Assembly (NCBI RefSeq): GCF_009834535.1
Contig: NC_045698.1
Coordinates: 3,660,001-3,724,000 of the forward strand
Source of the DNA: Camelus ferus
Taxonomy: Eukaryota
Length of the DNA: 64,000 nt
Direction of reading: 5' to 3'
In this document: piece by piece, positions 61,901 through 64,000 of the stretch
How positions within the stretch are numbered: the stretch's first letter is position 1
How the letters are laid out: each line of letters opens with the position of its first letter
Translations under genes and position numbers: made by a program
Notes under the pieces: generated by a model
Databases searched by the model: none
Told to the model about the DNA's origin: nothing
What the model saw: the letters and a program-made list of their open reading frames with translations, nothing else

Positions 61901-63881
61901 GTGGTGTCAGTGTGGCCGCGTGCCCCATGGGGCAGCGCCTCCCCGAGGAGGTGGGCTCACTGGCCGTCCAGCGCTGACCTCCTGTCTCAGCATGTCGGTA
62001 CTCTCTTCCTGCTGCCCCGTGAACCCCGAAGGGTGACTGGACCTCAGCCACCTGCAGGGGCCCAGCTGAAGCTGCGTCGCGATGACCAAACGAGGTCACG
62101 TGTGGAGTGCACGGCAGCCCCAGTGCAGTGCCAGCGGTCATTGCTCAGCATCGGGAGGGAGCGGGGACCTGGATGCCTTGTGAGGCGGCCTTCATGGTGG
62201 TGGCGTCCTCTGCTTCGTGTACCGCACGGCATGTGCTCTTACACGCTTACTCTTCTGTGGGAAGAGCTTAAAACTCAAAGTAACCCCTCAAAGTGATGAG
62301 TCTTTTATTTGAATGTTATGCGATCCAGGAGTGATGCAGTTACCCTCTTCCTTTCAGAGACACATGGGCACACCTGAAATTTAATGCCAGGTGCTCCTCC
62401 CGTGGGAAGTTCTTTGTCTTCCGCTTTCAGGGCGAGGCTTGGCAGGTCGAGCTGATGAGAACTGCTTTCTCTTTGACTTTAGCAGAGCTGCTGAGGGTGC
62501 GCGTGACAGTGCCCCCTTTCATGGGCTCAACCGTGTATCACCGTCAGAGAGCAGCCAGCAGAGCGAGCGGCTGACGGGTGTCTTCCCGCCGCGCTGTGGG
62601 CGCCCCTCTCGGCAGCGTGGCCCCGCTCCCAGGAGCCAGGGCCTCGCGCTGGGTTAGGCCCTGTGCTGGGCCCTGCCCCACAGCGCAGCCCGGGAGCCCC
62701 AGGACGACTGTCCGAGGGGTGGTCTTGACTTGTTTTATGCACAGGAAACAAGCCCCAGGAGAAGAGGGCTTAAGGCCTGGGGCGGTCAGCGCCGCCAGCC
62801 CGCGGCCGGGCTCCCCGCGCCCAGCGCGCAGCCCTGCACGGGGCGCGCGCCCCCGCCGGCTGCAGTCGTCGTGAATTGCTGCTTCTCTTACCGTTAGACC
62901 CGGGTCTCTGTCTGCACCGCGTGCCGGCCCTGTGCTGCTCTCGCTGCCCTGCAGATTAGGGGAGGGCAGCTTTATATTTGCATGTGTGGGTTTTGTGACG
63001 GCGTCTCTTCGCTTTTAAATAGTAGTAGTTTGCCCTGTAGGGTATTGCATCACTAACAGTATATACTTAATAATAAATTTTAATGAAATAACTCCGAAAA
63101 TTAAAAAAATTAAATTTGAATTAAGTAACTGCTAAATACACTTACGAGAGTCTAAATGAGAACTCTATACCGTAACCTCTAACCCAGTCTACAGTTAAAT
63201 GCCATGATCTGTAATCTAGTGTGTGAAGGTGTGGTGTGAGAATAGCTTCTCGTTTGCTCTTACTTTGCTGGTTTCCGTTTCCAAAGTCCACTTACAAATA
63301 CTTCCGGTGGGTATTTAATGGAGTCATTTACCTGATAATGCTCTGGGGCCCGCATTTTGTCAGAACTTAACCGTGTGGGGTGTGATCCTTCCAGAACTGG
63401 CTGGCAAGCCTGGTCACGAGAGGACGCAGCTTCAGGCTGTGCCCTCCACCCCGGCTCTCACTGCCCTCGGGGCGACCCTAGGAACCTGTATCCAGCTGCT
63501 CTGGTTTGGGGATTTTTTCTCTATCTATAGAAGGGACTTAAATGAATTTTTTCATTGTCGAATTTATTTTTAATTTTTGGTTTTCATTGCTGGTAGATAT
63601 TATTCTGTATTTGAGTAGTATTTCAGTAGATTAACAACATAAAACATTTTGAATAACGAAGATTTTCTCCTTGTTGACTGACATGAAAACTCTTTTCAGA
63701 TATACCGTGGGGTATACAGCTGGCAGCCGTGTACGCTCTGTGTGACCTGAGTCCCAGCAATCCCGCGGAAATATCCAAGATCCTGGAAGCCTGGCGCAGA
63801 GAGACGGCGCACAGCGTGCCCTCGGCCGTGGTCGGCTACCTGCAGGAGGTCAGCGCGCTGTGCGCCGACGAGCTGGCCTGA
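16776..63881 (+). CDS. ICE1: ICE1 (interactor of little elongation complex ELL subunit 1, KIAA0947), 19 coding exons, 6726 nt, 2241 aa
   Basis: The translation starts [48 protein letters not shown] and ends ...[35 protein letters not shown]...SALCADELA*, which I recognise as ICE1. All 18 introns keep the frame (17 GT-AG, 1 AT-AC). The start has a strong Kozak context (GGCACCATGA). Confidence 0.97.
18633..18991 (-). mobile_element. MaLR solo LTR (MLT1A-like) nested in L2 remnants
   Basis: aagtaccataaactgggtggc...ggctgggaagtccaagatcaagg...cctcacatggctgaagg...ctggagtctcttttacaagagcactc. Confidence 0.8.
19492..19682. mobile_element. MER58A-like hAT MITE
   Basis: ttttctgtaaggg...caactctgcctgtgtagtgtaagcacagccac...gaatgggcgtgg, with inverted ends ggtctgca/tgcagacc. 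Confidence 0.7.
22000..22140. mobile_element. MIR fragment
   Basis: tttcagtctccttatctgca...tgaggcagg...gaacccagctgtgcctgactc. Confidence 0.5.
22937..22985. repeat. (TC)24 microsatellite
   Basis: Perfect TC run read directly. Confidence 0.95.
23155..23880 (-). mobile_element. L1MB-like 3' end
   Basis: ttttactgaagtataattcacatgccataaa...gtgactggcttcttttgcttagtg...agctgccagattattttccacagcagttgcacc...tttagccatcctagtgggtg. Confidence 0.78.
26464..26522 (+). CDS. ICE1: ICE1 exon 2 (59 nt, [20 protein letters not shown])
   Basis: Acceptor ttttctttcag; donor GA|GTGAGT. Confidence 0.95.
27111..27145 (+). CDS. ICE1: ICE1 exon 3 (35 nt, [11 protein letters not shown])
   Basis: Acceptor tttgttgcag; ends at the U12 donor G|ATATCCTTT. 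Confidence 0.93.
27146..29372 (+). other. ICE1: U12-type (minor spliceosome) AT-AC intron 3 of ICE1
   Basis: The 5' end ATATCCTTTT matches the U12 donor consensus. Branch site TTTCTTTAAC is at 29354-29363 and the terminal AC at 29371-29372. There is no GT at this boundary, and the AT-AC join restores ...KCDELQFARR. Confidence 0.93.
29373..29391 (+). CDS. ICE1: ICE1 exon 4 (19-nt microexon, ELQFAR)
   Basis: AC|AGCTGCAGTTTGCAAGAAG|GTAAGC. Confidence 0.92.
30132..30243 (+). CDS. ICE1: ICE1 exon 5 (112 nt, RENSTLHHQ...ELEEKK)
   Basis: Acceptor tccatttctag; donor AAG|GTACCT; overlaps ORF 30118..30309. Confidence 0.94.
31684..31760 (+). CDS. ICE1: ICE1 exon 6 (77 nt, SSLKLYQ...KTDAQ)
   Basis: Acceptor cttcctttttcag; donor CA|GTGAGG. 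Confidence 0.94.
32778..32815 (+). CDS. ICE1: ICE1 exon 7 (38 nt, [12 protein letters not shown])
   Basis: Acceptor tattctcag; donor AAG|GTAATT. Confidence 0.93.
34720..34802 (+). CDS. ICE1: ICE1 exon 8 (83 nt, EAAVKQTQ...FKKTQ)
   Basis: Weak AAG acceptor (taaataaag); donor CAG|GTAATA. Confidence 0.92.
34987..35026 (+). CDS. ICE1: ICE1 exon 9 (40 nt, [13 protein letters not shown])
   Basis: Acceptor ttttgttttcgcag; donor G|GTGAGT. Confidence 0.94.
35115..35171 (+). CDS. ICE1: ICE1 exon 10 (57 nt, [19 protein letters not shown])
   Basis: Acceptor catttttag after an 88-nt intron; donor A|GTGAGT. Confidence 0.94.
36002..36025. repeat. Poly(T)24 tract
   Basis: Read directly from the sequence. 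Confidence 0.9.
37660..40320 (+). mobile_element. Highly decayed old L1, sense to ICE1, hosting a younger L1
   Basis: A-rich, with scattered ORF2-like phrases (gtaaccctgtaccaaagcca, aaaaatactaaataaaatc, gatcatctcaattcag, ttttgataaaggaggc). Confidence 0.5.
39411..40180 (+). mobile_element. Comparatively young 5'-truncated L1 (ORF2 C-terminus, 3'UTR and A tail)
   Basis: ORF 39494..39763 [16 protein letters not shown]...[48 protein letters not shown] at 40161. Confidence 0.92.
41114..41132. repeat. Poly(T)19 tract
   Basis: Read directly from the sequence. Confidence 0.9.
41268..41497. mobile_element. hAT-Charlie MITE remnant
   Basis: cagtggttcttaa...gacccctttgaaaaatct...gcccctaggttaa. Confidence 0.5.
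41950..42036 (+). CDS. ICE1: ICE1 exon 11 (87 nt, [15 protein letters not shown]...CVP)
   Basis: Acceptor ctttcgcag; donor CAG|GTGAGA. Confidence 0.94.
42350..43130 (-). mobile_element. Old L1MC4/5-like 3' fragment
   Basis: tcagattgtaccagacttggttagtgggagcgtcttcagtttggctc...atcagccacttctccaaggagccctg. Confidence 0.6.
43761..44149 (+). CDS. ICE1: ICE1 exon 12 (389 nt, EKSAIENP...[11 protein letters not shown]...SLVS)
   Basis: Acceptor ttttttccccacag; donor TCC|GTGAGT; lies within ORF 43736..44176. Confidence 0.93.
46350..51086 (+). CDS. ICE1: ICE1 exon 13 (giant 4737-nt exon, [14 protein letters not shown]...YEFSTTKK)
   Basis: Acceptor atttttaag; donor AAG|GTACGT; same frame as the 1543-aa ORF 46557..51188. 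Confidence 0.95.
52211..52379 (+). CDS. ICE1: ICE1 exon 14 (169 nt, HLAECLLHS...YSLLKE)
   Basis: Acceptor ttttccccatccag; donor G|GTATGT. Confidence 0.95.
53188..53348 (+). CDS. ICE1: ICE1 exon 15 (161 nt, DFPESEK...FLNWEK)
   Basis: Acceptor ttccttctcag; donor AAG|GTGAGG. Confidence 0.95.
54400..55830 (+). mobile_element. Decayed L1 (ORF2 and 3'UTR remnants)
   Basis: gaccaatcatgattctggccacacaaaaacctta (EN region); gagtgttcacagcagcagtactcatcacagcctaaagctggaagtaaccca (ORF2 C-terminus). Confidence 0.55.
56200..56390 (+). CDS. ICE1: ICE1 exon 16 (191 nt, NAPIDVG...THDNII)
   Basis: Long pyrimidine tract plus ctag acceptor; donor AG|GTGCAG. Confidence 0.94.
58186..58292 (+). CDS. ICE1: ICE1 exon 17 (107 nt, [11 protein letters not shown]...ILRLI)
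   Basis: Acceptor tgtcttacag; donor G|GTGAGT. Confidence 0.95.
58790..58860. repeat. AT-rich tandem repeat (26-bp unit x2 plus a partial copy) built from AAATATTT palindromes
   Basis: 58809-58834 and 58835-58860 differ at one base. Confidence 0.85.
60035..61400 (-). mobile_element. Charlie1/Buster-type hAT DNA transposon fossil with transposase remnants
   Basis: Minus ORF 60716..61108 carries TDGAKA, VKK, VLDEAV and SRP..TRL. Minus ORF 60097..60459 carries [18 protein letters not shown], like the hAT dimerisation motif. Both are frameshifted. Confidence 0.8.
61611..61709 (+). CDS. ICE1: ICE1 exon 18 (99 nt, [11 protein letters not shown]...HAQDE)
   Basis: Acceptor tttttccctctag; donor AAG|GTAAAA. 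Confidence 0.95.
63700..63881 (+). CDS. ICE1: ICE1 exon 19 coding part (DIPWGIQ...DELA*); the 3'UTR runs off the window
   Basis: Acceptor tcttttcag; TGA at 63879-63881; no poly(A) signal before 64000. Confidence 0.95.
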
Positions 63882-64000
63882 CCCGGCTCGCGCCTGGAGA
63901 AGTGCCTTCCCGCGTCCCAGCGGGAGCAGATCAGTCCGCGTCAGGATGCAGACCAAGGTTGCAGAGAGCGAGACCTGAGGGAGAAAAAGGCGCCGAGAGG

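Noticed and set aside
16860..63699. Intronic snoRNA, miRNA or tRNA genes
   Set aside because: By eye I found no convincing C/D or H/ACA box pairs with terminal stems, long hairpins or tRNA A/B boxes; an Infernal/Rfam scan would be needed to exclude them

Overview
This is mammalian genomic DNA. The L1 3' ends are of artiodactyl style and there are no recognisable Alu, B1, Bov, PRE or CAN SINEs, which suggests a camelid, but that is an inference. The window holds one protein-coding gene on the + strand: ICE1 (KIAA0947), the scaffold of the Little Elongation Complex (LEC) that acts in Pol II snRNA transcription. I assembled 19 coding exons by hand from ATG 16776 to TGA 63879-63881. They give 6,726 nt and 2,241 aa, and every phase closes. 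Notable parts are a CpG-island promoter, a U12-type AT-AC intron 3 (27146-29372) followed by a 19-nt microexon, and a 4,737-nt internal exon. The first ~15.8 kb and the introns are mostly decayed transposons (L1, L2, MIR, ERVL/MaLR LTRs, MER2, MER58, a Charlie1-type hAT fossil). I see no RNA genes or CRISPR arrays and no evidence of a wholly new gene system. The best leads are regulatory: the minor-intron cassette in a gene that makes minor snRNAs, with an in-frame bypass and a candidate cryptic U12 acceptor; an Arg-rich uORF; candidate HCF-1 and ELL docking motifs; and a tailless L1 fragment with a perfect 19-bp TSD. Repeat family names and comparisons to human ICE1 come from memory, not database searches, and repeat boundaries are approximate.
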